Source: Vampirovibrionales bacterium (GTDB lineage Bacteria; Cyanobacteriota; Vampirovibrionia; Vampirovibrionales; JAJTHC01). From it: DNA of 13,398 bases. Positions within the stretch are counted from its first letter, which is position 1, and every line of letters starts with the position of its first letter. Shown piece after piece: positions 1 to 7,160 of this stretch. Below the pieces are notes generated by a model. It made no database searches and had not been told where the DNA came from. It was given only the letters and a program-made list of their open reading frames with translations. The DNA lies in assembly GCA_046080465.1 (NCBI GenBank), contig JBJTUB010000247.1, positions 1 to 13,398 on the forward strand. Direction: 5' to 3'. The translations under genes were made by a program, and so were the position numbers.

Positions 1-185
1 ACTATTTTTTACTTGCACATTTTGAGTACTTGTGTTGAAATATTAGTATTATCCTCATTTGGATAACCAAAGCCCCTGATTTTTGTGTCCCTTGTCTGAT
101 TCAACTGTTTGTTGTTTGGGTAGTGTGCTATGTTAGGTGCAGTCCCCTCAAACAGTACTTATTTTGAGTAAATAGGAGTCAATTC

Positions 186-1814
186 ATGACTACTCGTAGA
201 CTAACCTCCGTCTTATTGGCAGGTTCAATTGCACTCGCAGGTGTGGTGGTTACTACCGATGCAGAAGCTCGTTTAGAAGCTCTGTCTACCACCCGCGTAG
301 AAGATACCCGCTTAACCAGCATGGATCAAATGATCGATGTACCTACCAGCAGCTGGGCTTATGATGCTGTTAAGGAATTGGTAGAAAAATACGATGTGAT
401 TGAAGGCTACAAAAAAGGCGATAATTTTGTTTATAAAGGCAATAATTTCGTCACTCGTTACGAATTGGCGGCTGCTTTGCGTGATACGTTGCGTGGTATG
501 GATGCTAAGAAAGTTTATATCTCTAACGGAGATGCCGCTACGATTGCTAACTTGAAAAAAGAATTGGCTCCTGAGTTGGCTGCCTTGGAAAGCCGTTTAG
601 ATGCGTTAGAAACAAAAGTTGCTAATGTTGGTTTAGGTTCGGTAAAGCTTTCCGGTGATGCCGTTGCTGGGTTCAACCACTTTATGGAAACAGGCGACAA
701 TGCCGTTGATGATGGTACCTCGGGTATTGGTCGTATCCGCTTGAACGTTGAAGCCACCGCCTTAGAAGATAAAGGCGAGCGTTTAGGGGAAGGTCGTTTG
801 AAAGCCCGTTTGGTTGCCGCTGCTGGTAACAACGTGGGTGGTATCAACGGTAACAGCCGTATCGCTGCCGATGCTAGCTCGAACAACGAAGGCCCTGGCG
901 GTACCACTCCTATGAGTACCAACCGCTCGAACGCCTACTTCGATCGCATTGCTTACGAACAAGATTTCCGCTTGTTCAACAACGTACACACCGTCTACGC
1001 TGGTTTGGTGCCTTGGCGTGATTACTTCGATAAATCTGCCTACCGTGGTGATGAAAATGCCCAATTCCAAAACGTTGGTTTGGTCAACATTGCCGGGCTA
1101 GCTACCAACATCAACGCCTTCATGTTGGGTGATAACATCAACTTTAAATTGAACGACGATGCCTCGGCTCACTTGAATGTGGCTTACGGTTCTGCTAATG
1201 GTGCTAACGTTCAGAACTTGAACTTTGCTACTACGGAAGCTCGTTTAAATTATAACTGGGCGAACCTAGATAACCGCAAAACCAGTGCTTATGTTGGTGG
1301 TATCTTTACGTTCAACAACAGCGACAATTTGCAACCTACCAGAACTGCTTACACCAACGCCTTGGGTAACTTGAGCCGTAACCCTGGTAAAACTGTGTAT
1401 GCTGGCTTAGATCAAGAGATCTACAAAGGCATTGGCGTGAACTTGGGCTACATGTACAACGCTGGCCGTGCTAACGATGCTGCCTTGGTGACCTTGAACC
1501 CCACCACGGGTTCCGCTGCAGGTAGCCGTTTAAACCGTAACCAATACAACGTGCGTCAAGCCGCTAGCGTTGCCTTGCACATCCCAACCAAAACCTTGGG
1601 CTTCCGTGATGGCGATAGCATCGGTGTGGGCTACGTAGCTACCTCTTTGGTTTCCTCGGGTTCGTTAGAGCAAATTATGGAAACTTACTACAACTACAAG
1701 CTGAACGATCGTGTTAGCGTGATTCCTAGCTTCCAACTGGGCAACCAATTCAATGGTGCTCGTAACAGCGATACGAGCTTCACCGCTGGCTTGCGTACCG
1801 CTATCAAGTTCTAG
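186..1814 (+). CDS. SLH-domain outer-membrane porin (N-terminal signal peptide, SLH domain, coiled-coil linker, C-terminal beta-barrel)
   Basis: GGAG Shine-Dalgarno 8 nt upstream of the ATG. Hydrophobic signal peptide 'LLAGSIALAGVVVT'. SLH-type motif 'SWAYDAVKELVEKYDVIEGY...FVTRYELAAAL'. Heptad-like stretch 'ANLKKELAPELAALESRLDALETKV'. Long Asn/Gly/Tyr-rich C-terminal region ending '...AIKF' with a terminal Phe, typical of outer-membrane beta-barrels. The architecture matches cyanobacterial SomA/OprB-like or Negativicutes OmpM-like porins. Confidence 0.85.
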   Translation: MTTRRLTSVLLAGSIALAGVVVTTDAEARLEALSTTRVEDTRLTSMDQMIDVPTSSWAYDAVKELVEKYDVIEGYKKGDNFVYKGNNFVTRYELAAALRDTLRGMDAKKVYISNGDAATIANLKKELAPELAALESRLDALETKVANVGLGSVKLSGDAVAGFNHFMETGDNAVDDGTSGIGRIRLNVEATALEDKGERLGEGRLKARLVAAAGNNVGGINGNSRIAADASSNNEGPGGTTPMSTNRSNAYFDRIAYEQDFRLFNNVHTVYAGLVPWRDYFDKSAYRGDENAQFQNVGLVNIAGLATNINAFMLGDNINFKLNDDASAHLNVAYGSANGANVQNLNFATTEARLNYNWANLDNRKTSAYVGGIFTFNNSDNLQPTRTAYTNALGNLSRNPGKTVYAGLDQEIYKGIGVNLGYMYNAGRANDAALVTLNPTTGSAAGSRLNRNQYNVRQAASVALHIPTKTLGFRDGDSIGVGYVATSLVSSGSLEQIMETYYNYKLNDRVSVIPSFQLGNQFNGARNSDTSFTAGLRTAIKF

Positions 1815-1820
1815 TGTGGC

Positions 1821-1846
1821 TCACGCCTTAGGCGTGACTTTCATGT
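1821..1846 (+). terminator. weak candidate stem-loop downstream of the porin gene
   Basis: 7-bp stem tcacgcc/ggcgtga with a 'tta' loop, 7 nt after the stop codon. It is followed by only 'cttt', so the U-tract is poor. Confidence 0.3.
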
Positions 1847-2003
1847 AACGTTAAATCAATCGACTTCTCTTGTTGCGTGCAAGGGGAGTCGATTTTTATA
1901 GAGAATCGATTAAATAGATGAACTTTAAGCATCCCCCTTGGGTGGCGTTTTATAATAGAATCACGTTGAGTGGTCTGTAAAAATAAAAGCCTCGTGAAAG
2001 GGT

Positions 2004-4034
2004 GTGACTCCTATGGTAACTATGCTAACAAGTCAGCGTCTCGTGTTCGTACTACTCACCGCTTGTTTGTGTGTATCGCAGGCTTGGGCGGTGGGGCTAA
2101 GCATCACCGACAGTGAACAGCGTGATCATGCACAAGGCCAAGTGCCCCCCAACTCGCAGCAATTGAGTAATTACCTAGATTTAAACGAAGCGGCGGGACT
2201 CGCCTTGCAAGAAGGGCGATTGAACGAGGCTATTAAGCTTTTGCGTCAGGCCTTAACCCAAACCCCCGAAGAAAGCTTGGCCAATGTGCAGAATAACTTA
2301 TCGGTAGCCTACGTTAAGCGGGGCAACTATCGTGTCAAGCAACCGTTGCTGGCGAACGATGCGTTGGAAGATTTTCAATATGCGTTGTTTTACATGCTTG
2401 CCAACGATCGCTTAAAAACAGATCCAGTGGTGCATCAACAAAATAAACAAGCCACCTTGGCCTTGTATCGAAAACAGTTTTTAGCGGTGCATGGCGTGGA
2501 TAATTTAATTTATCACTTGCAACAAGGTCGCCAAGCTCGTGAAGAGGGGAACTTTGAAGTAGCTATTGTGGAGTTTCATCAAGCCCTGAGCAAGGATGCT
2601 AAAAACTACGAGGCCGCCTTGGGCTTGGGCGATATGTACAGCAACCTAAACCGCTTTGCAGAAGCCATTGCCCACATGAACACCGCTTATCGTTACGCCC
2701 CCACCGAGGAAAAAGCCCCGATTCGGGTGAAGTTAGCCAATGCCTATTATAGCAGTGGGCAACACACGGCGTGCCTTAAATTATTGAATGAAGCCCATGC
2801 ACAATCGCCTAAAGATGACAGCATTTTAGCCTTGCTTCAACATTTTTGGGAGGCCAAGCTCAACCAATCTGCGAATGATGTTGTGGCCATGGTGAATCTA
2901 GGCACAGTACTACAAACCCGTGGTGCCTTACTCACTAATCAAGAGACACGAGTGCAAGCTCACGAATCAGCCTTTCGTTTATATCAACAAGCTTACACCC
3001 TGCTCAAGGCTCAGCCCGAGCTGGCTTCGGAGAGTATGACGACCCATGTATTGTTTAACGTTGTTAGCCTGTATTTAGAGAACAATCAGCCAGACGATGC
3101 CCTAGAAACGCTCGCCCCTGTGTTGGCTCAAACCCCACCGCCTGCTCAGGCGTTAGGTTACGCCTTGCAAGCGGGCATTTTAAAGGAACAGCCTCAACCC
3201 GCTATTGCCCAGTGGCAAGCCTATTGCCAGCAGGCAACCTGCGGTAACGACGATGTTGATCTGTTACTGGAAGCCGTGGAGCAGTCTAAAATTACGGCGT
3301 TTCAGAAAAAACAACTCAAGCTGCGTCTTTCAGAGGCTTTGCTGAATGTGGGCGTGTTACAAGGCAAAATTACGGCCGAGTTTTTAACACAGTACGCCCC
3401 GCAAGAAACCCTAACCATTGCTCAACGCTGGACTCAAGCCGAACCAAACAACATCACGGCATGGCTGACCGTGGGCGATTTAGCCAAGCAATTGCAAGAG
3501 GTTGAATTGTCTCAAACGGCTTACTATCAAGCCAACACCCTCAGTAAACAACAGCTAACCCCCACCCCCGCCATGGCGAAAGCAACCCCCGCCAAGCCAG
3601 CCGTTGCCACGAACGTTGTTCCCGTTGCCTCGATTGAAAGCCAACTTGAAAAAGCCTATGCCTTGATTTCGAGCCAACACTACAGCGATGCTCTGCCCCT
3701 AGTAGGCAATATTATCAAGCAATCCCCCAAAGAAGCCACGGCGTGGTACTACCAAGCCCTTTGCCACGAACAACTTGGCAAGCTGGCTTTAGCTAAACAA
3801 CAGTATGTGCAGGCTATCGCCTTAGATAAAACCTATGTTGAAGCCTATTACGGGGCTGGGGTGGCCTCGTTAAAATTAAAAGAACCAACAGAAACCATCG
3901 CAGGGTATTTTAAATCGTTTGTTAATTTGATGAACACCTTGCCCAGTGCCAAGCAAAGCGAATTAGAGCCACAACGAGCCTTCGCACTCAAGCAATTGAA
4001 TAAGGCGGTGGCGTTGGTATCGGCTAAACAATAA
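2004..4034 (+). CDS. secreted/periplasmic TPR-repeat protein
   Basis: N-terminal signal peptide 'LVFVLLTACLCVSQAWA'. Multiple TPR-like helical repeats, e.g. 'YEAALGLGDMYSNLNRFAEAIAHMNTAYRYAP' and 'YYQALCHEQLGKLALAKQQYVQAIALDKTYVEAYYGAG'. Uninterrupted 676-codon ORF with coding-like composition. Confidence 0.7.
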   Translation: MTPMVTMLTSQRLVFVLLTACLCVSQAWAVGLSITDSEQRDHAQGQVPPNSQQLSNYLDLNEAAGLALQEGRLNEAIKLLRQALTQTPEESLANVQNNLSVAYVKRGNYRVKQPLLANDALEDFQYALFYMLANDRLKTDPVVHQQNKQATLALYRKQFLAVHGVDNLIYHLQQGRQAREEGNFEVAIVEFHQALSKDAKNYEAALGLGDMYSNLNRFAEAIAHMNTAYRYAPTEEKAPIRVKLANAYYSSGQHTACLKLLNEAHAQSPKDDSILALLQHFWEAKLNQSANDVVAMVNLGTVLQTRGALLTNQETRVQAHESAFRLYQQAYTLLKAQPELASESMTTHVLFNVVSLYLENNQPDDALETLAPVLAQTPPPAQALGYALQAGILKEQPQPAIAQWQAYCQQATCGNDDVDLLLEAVEQSKITAFQKKQLKLRLSEALLNVGVLQGKITAEFLTQYAPQETLTIAQRWTQAEPNNITAWLTVGDLAKQLQEVELSQTAYYQANTLSKQQLTPTPAMAKATPAKPAVATNVVPVASIESQLEKAYALISSQHYSDALPLVGNIIKQSPKEATAWYYQALCHEQLGKLALAKQQYVQAIALDKTYVEAYYGAGVASLKLKEPTETIAGYFKSFVNLMNTLPSAKQSELEPQRAFALKQLNKAVALVSAKQ

Positions 4035-4061
4035 ACAGACAGAGAGGGTATCTGTAATACA

Positions 4062-4856
4062 ATGATTAAACTCATCTTACTCACGCATCAGCAACAGCAT
4101 CAACTTTGGCCTTTAGCCAGTATGTTTGATCCTCTACAAGGGATTGCCTTGCCAACGTTGCCACGTTCGGGGAGCAACACCCAAGCAGAATCCGTCGCAA
4201 CCAGCATGCTGGGGCGTGTGCTTAGCCAATGGGCTCCCCTCACGGAGACAGCGAAGGATGTGTGGCTCTTGGCCAACAAAGGAAGTATTGCCTTCTTGCA
4301 ACGTTGCCTTGAGCAAGAGAGCTTGAATGATTATCGGCATCAGTTTATTACCGAACCCACCAATTACGGCGGGCTGTACAGCCTTGGCATGGCCGTGCAA
4401 GTACTGCACGAACAATTACATACCCCCGAGCGAACCCCTCTTGTGTTATGGGATACCGCCTTTTTACCGAGCGAAACCTTTATGCGTGCAGGTACGCTGA
4501 AACAACGCTTGAACACCGCCTTAATGGAACAGCGAACCACGGTACTACATGATGCTCATGGGCAGGTAGTTGCTTTGCTAGGCAGCCTGTTGCATTGTCG
4601 GCAACTGCTGGCCAAGGCCTACCCCACCTATTATGCTACCTTAACCCAAGGGGTGTTAGCCTACACAGAGAACTACCAACACCCGCCGATAGACGCGCTT
4701 TCGCTAACCACGCTACAGCAAGCAGGGGCGGTGCTTCACCCATTGCTTGAAACCGAGGTTCAACGCTTCAATGATTTTGAACAACTTAAGCAACAGCTTC
4801 AGCCCAGCAGCGATGGCAACCAAGTGTTAGGAACAACGGTGGTACGTTTTAAGTAG
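4062..4856 (+). CDS. degenerate nucleotidyltransferase-like protein (ManC/GMP N-terminal-domain-like, catalytic glycine loop lost)
   Basis: N-terminus 'MIKLILLTHQQQHQLWPLASMFDPLQ' is placed like the 'MxPVILAGGxGSRLWPLSR..PKQF' motif of mannose-1-phosphate guanylyltransferases, but the GGxGxR loop is replaced by 'THQQQH'. It starts 27 bp after the TPR gene with a good SD, so it is probably co-transcribed with it. The call rests on my recollection of the family motif, not on a search. Confidence 0.45.
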   Translation: MIKLILLTHQQQHQLWPLASMFDPLQGIALPTLPRSGSNTQAESVATSMLGRVLSQWAPLTETAKDVWLLANKGSIAFLQRCLEQESLNDYRHQFITEPTNYGGLYSLGMAVQVLHEQLHTPERTPLVLWDTAFLPSETFMRAGTLKQRLNTALMEQRTTVLHDAHGQVVALLGSLLHCRQLLAKAYPTYYATLTQGVLAYTENYQHPPIDALSLTTLQQAGAVLHPLLETEVQRFNDFEQLKQQLQPSSDGNQVLGTTVVRFK

Positions 4857-4857
4857 G

Positions 4858-4986
4858 CCAGCGATTGTTTGGTGCTTCAATCGGGCGGGCATCGTCGCCC
4901 TATTCGTTTAGAAGGCATCAGCAATGTGGTGGTGGTAGATACGCCCGATGGCTTGTTGATTAAACAGCTGGGGCATGAGGTAGAGT
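4858..4986 (+). pseudogene. ManC-like internal fragment in the +1 frame relative to the upstream ORF (frameshifted and truncated; no cupin/isomerase domain follows)
   Basis: Translation 'ASDCLVLQSGGHRRPIRLEGISNVVVVDTPDGLLIKQLGHEVE*' resembles the conserved '[22 protein letters not shown]...' segment that precedes the C-terminal cupin domain in ManC/GMP enzymes. It is in a different frame from 4062-4856 and ends at a stop after 43 codons. Confidence 0.35.
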
Positions 4987-5005
4987 AACCAGTTTTTTCG
5001 TGTGT

Positions 5006-5069
5006 GGGTCATCACTTTGTCATGGTGTTTTGGCCTGTTTGTAGGATACTATAGAAGCCTCTGCAAAGG
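5006..5069. repeat. repeat module A ('gggtcatcactttgtcatggtgtt...tgtaggatactatagaag.ctctgcaaagg'), copy 1
   Basis: Near-identical copy at 6849-6912. It is directly fused to the left inverted terminal repeat of the adjacent composite element. Confidence 0.8.
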
Positions 5070-5314
5070 GCCCATTCGGGCGTGCAATGAAGCGTCAAAA
5101 GCTAAAAAATGGGGTTTATAGGGGCTTGGCCCATATAAATAATGAAGGGGGGAGCCTTTGAGAGGTTTCTCACAATGAGGATCTTGCGTAAGAATTGAGA
5201 TTGTCTTTCCTCACTGTGGGGGCGAACGCCCCTGCCTCTCAAAGTCGTCTGAAAGACGACACGAAACGAGGGACTTAGAACCCTCGACAAACCCTTTTGC
5301 AGAGTCTTCTATAG
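5049..5314. mobile_element. MITE-like composite element (~265 bp) bounded by ~22-bp inverted terminal repeats, no coding capacity
   Basis: Left end 'ctatagaagcctctgcaaaggg' (5049-5070). Right end 'cccttttgcagagtcttctatag' (5292-5314). The two are reverse complements with one or two mismatches. The interior recurs at 12340-12560 in direct orientation and at 13241-13398 inverted. The right end runs into a perfect 36-bp palindrome, 5294-5329. Confidence 0.7.
5165..5235. repeat. nested ~70-bp sub-element 'Y' inserted in the loop of a palindromic site 'ttgagagg...cctctcaa'
   Basis: At 12486-12514 the same site is 'empty' ('tttgagagggaggaacggcctctcaaag'). Here the site is filled with 'tttctcacaatgaggatcttgcgtaagaattgagattgtctttcctcactgtgggggcgaacgcccctg'. 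The same insert occurs inverted at 13321-13389, and a variant occurs at ~6679-6738. Y has its own ~12-bp imperfect inverted ends (ctcacaatgagg / cctcactgtggg). Confidence 0.65.
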
Positions 5315-5342
5315 AAAACTCTGCAAAAGCCAAAAATCTTCC

Positions 5343-5428
5343 GTCATTGCGAGCGCAGCGTGGCAATCCCCCTTGTTGCTACTGGCTTTAGAGATTGCTT
5401 CACATGCGTTCGCAATGACAAATCCCCC
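5343..5428. repeat. repeat module C: ~85-bp hairpin element with 27-bp imperfect inverted arms
   Basis: Left arm 'gtcattgcgagcgcagcgtggcaatcccc'. Right arm 'gattgcttcacatgcgttcgcaatgacaaatcccc'. The reverse complement of one arm matches the other at 23 of 27 positions. A second copy lies at 9390-9471. Confidence 0.7.
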
Positions 5429-5488
5429 TTTTGCAGAGGTTTCTATACTACAGAGATTTCTACACTAGACAGTCACGAGACGGGAGTT

Positions 5489-6247
5489 CTATTTAGGCTC
5501 ATCACTTAAATGAAGTACTAGCGAATTATTTTGCCCACTCTCAGAAAAAGCCTGAAGTACTCTTAATTTCATCAGCATTGGTTTATCTTCCACTAAGTTA
5601 GCAGTGTTTGTTAGGCTTCTTAGGGTTGCTGCCTCTCCCCTCGCTCGTTCTAACGAGGCAAGACCTTCTTGCTTGGCACGAACCACTTCTGCAAACAGTT
5701 TTTTAAGTTCGCTTGGGAATGTGATATCCTTAATAGTAATGGTATCAATGATTAACCCATGTTGCTCAGCAATTGTAGGCAACTGTTGTTGTAAATACTC
5801 ATTGAGTTGTGGCTTGTTAGCCAAAAGCGTTTCTACACTATGGCGAGTCACATAATCACGCAAAAGAAGTTGAACATGGGCATACAAGGCTTCTTGATAG
5901 GATTGACTCTGCTGTTTGGCTCGTTTGGGATTCACAATTTTGTAAATACACAAAGCACTTATTTTTAATGCAATATTATCATTCGTTAAAATTTCTTGGC
6001 TTTTAATGGTTACTGTGGTAAGTCTTAAATCCAATTTTTCAATGACTGTCACGCCAGGCCACTCCTTGTAAGAGCCAGCACCCAGCTCTTTTTGAAAGAC
6101 ACCCTGCTTGTAGAGTAAACCTGTTTCATAATCAAAAATAGTGACAGTTTTAGGTAGTCGTTTACTTAGTTTGATCACCGACACAATGAGTAGAATGATA
6201 GTTATAATGAGCCAAACTAATTCAATTACACCAAAATAGCCTTGCAT
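5489..6247 (-). CDS. SPFH/band-7 (stomatin/prohibitin/HflK-C-like) membrane protein
   Basis: N-terminal transmembrane helix 'LVWLIITIILLIVSVI'. SPFH-type core 'VTIKSQEILTNDNIALKISALCIYKIVNP'. C-terminal coiled region 'RAKQEGLASLERARGEAATLRSL'. SD 'aagga' upstream of the ATG at 6247. Confidence 0.85.
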   Translation of the reverse strand: MQGYFGVIELVWLIITIILLIVSVIKLSKRLPKTVTIFDYETGLLYKQGVFQKELGAGSYKEWPGVTVIEKLDLRLTTVTIKSQEILTNDNIALKISALCIYKIVNPKRAKQQSQSYQEALYAHVQLLLRDYVTRHSVETLLANKPQLNEYLQQQLPTIAEQHGLIIDTITIKDITFPSELKKLFAEVVRAKQEGLASLERARGEAATLRSLTNTANLVEDKPMLMKLRVLQAFSESGQNNSLVLHLSDEPK

Positions 6248-6306
6248 CTTCTATTTTTTCCTTTATACAGATAAGAACTCTCGTTTTGTTGATTTCACAC
6301 GTTCAT

Positions 6307-6386
6307 TTTTGGGGAGACATTATCCTCAGCGGGAGTTTCGAAAACTCGCAAGGCTGAGTAAATGTTGCTTAACGCCCTCCCCAAAA
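6307..6386. other. ~80-nt nested stem-loop element (candidate structured RNA or another small palindromic repeat) in the 5' region of the SPFH gene
   Basis: Outer 10-bp perfect inverted repeat ttttggggag/ctccccaaaa. Inner 6-bp pair ctcagc/gctgag. Central palindrome gagttt-cg-aaactc. Confidence 0.4.
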
Positions 6387-6654
6387 GTAAACGCATGGGT
6401 TGGAAACTAGAACAGACTTGCTAGAAGCCAACAAAAATGCCCATCATGTCTCGGATCAATAGATACCGAAAGTGATTAACAATACAAACGCCAAATAAGG
6501 TACGGAGTTCACAACTGTAAACATGCCTCTCTACGTTTATACATTAAGTAGTGTAATGTATGGCATGTACTAAAGACTCCTCTATAAAGATGAACTAGAC
6601 AGGTTATAGCATTTTATAGGTTAAATAGCTTAATTTCACGCTTGTCGCTTTGCA

Positions 6655-6745
6655 TTGCCCTTCGGGCAGTCTTGAGAGGCCATGGAGTTCACCCTCATCA
6701 CGAGGAGGAACAAGCTTTATTTTTTACGTAAGATCCTCATTGTAA
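6655..6745. repeat. repeat backbone with hairpin variant 'attgcccttcgggcagt' plus a Y-like insert (inverted orientation)
   Basis: 'ttgcattgcccttcgggcagtcttgagaggcc' matches 6941-6973 and 13291-13320. '...ttacgtaagatcctcattgtaa' is the reverse complement of 'cacaatgaggatcttgcgtaag' at 5171-5192. Confidence 0.6.
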
Positions 6746-6848
6746 AAAAACTCCACCCCCCTAGATTTATGAATGGAGGCTAACTCCCCCACTGCTCCAC
6801 AAAAGAAAGAACTGATTTCTTTTACTACTTAAACTGAGAGTTGGTAGG

Positions 6849-6912
6849 GGTCATCACTTTGTCATGGTGTTGGGGTATGTTTGTAGGATACTATAGAAAG
6901 CTCTGCAAAGGG
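6849..6912. repeat. repeat module A, copy 2
   Basis: 'ggggtcatcactttgtcatggtgttggggtatgtttgtaggatactatagaaagctctgcaaagggg' is about 90% identical to 5006-5069. Confidence 0.8.
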
Positions 6913-7118
6913 GTTTGTCGAGGATTCTACGTTCCTCGTTTTGCATTGCCCTACGGGCAATCTTGAGAGGCCGTTCCTTCCTCTCAAACTCTCCCCCCTA
7001 CAGTATTTATAGGGGCTTCGTCCCTATAGACCCGTTTTCTCAAAGAGGTTGACGCAACCAGCTTTTAACCCTTCATTGTACGCCCGAATGGGTTTTTGAA
7101 GAGGTTTCTATAGAAGAC
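6890..7118. mobile_element. second MITE-like composite element with 'ctatagaa.gctctgcaaagg' / 'tttgaagaggtttctatagaa' inverted ends
   Basis: The left end matches the left end at 5049-5070. 7071-7105 'cccgaatgggtttttgaagaggtttctatagaa' is the reverse complement of 5049-5080 'ctatagaagcctctgcaaagggcccattcggg'. The interior carries the 'ccctcgttttgcattgccctacgggcaatcttgagagg' backbone and an empty 'ttgagagg-ccgttcctt-cctctcaa' site. Confidence 0.65.
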
Positions 7119-7138
7119 TCTGCAAAAGCCTCTTTACC

Positions 7139-7160
7139 CCCCTCTCCCTTAGGGAGAGGG
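7139..7160. repeat. perfect palindrome 'ccctctcccttagggagaggg'
   Basis: Identical palindrome at 10599-10620. Both are followed by 'ct(t/g)gggtga(a/g)'. Confidence 0.75.

Noticed and set aside
515-1070. Minus-strand ORFs 515-922 and 783-1070
   Set aside because: They lie entirely antisense within the well-supported SLH-porin CDS. Composition is Pro/Ser/Ala-rich, typical of reverse-frame artefacts. No start context.
4126-4415. Small ORFs 4126-4326 (+) and 4134-4415 (-), also 3848-4084 (-), 5604-5855 (+), 9713-9898 (+), 9847-10131 (+), 10918-11184 (-)
   Set aside because: All are embedded in or antisense to longer, better-supported CDSs. None has a start context or recognisable motifs.
5102-5290. 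62-aa minus-strand ORF inside the MITE-like element
   Set aside because: It is made up entirely of repeat-module sequence that recurs in both orientations elsewhere. Coding on one strand of a palindromic repeat is not credible.
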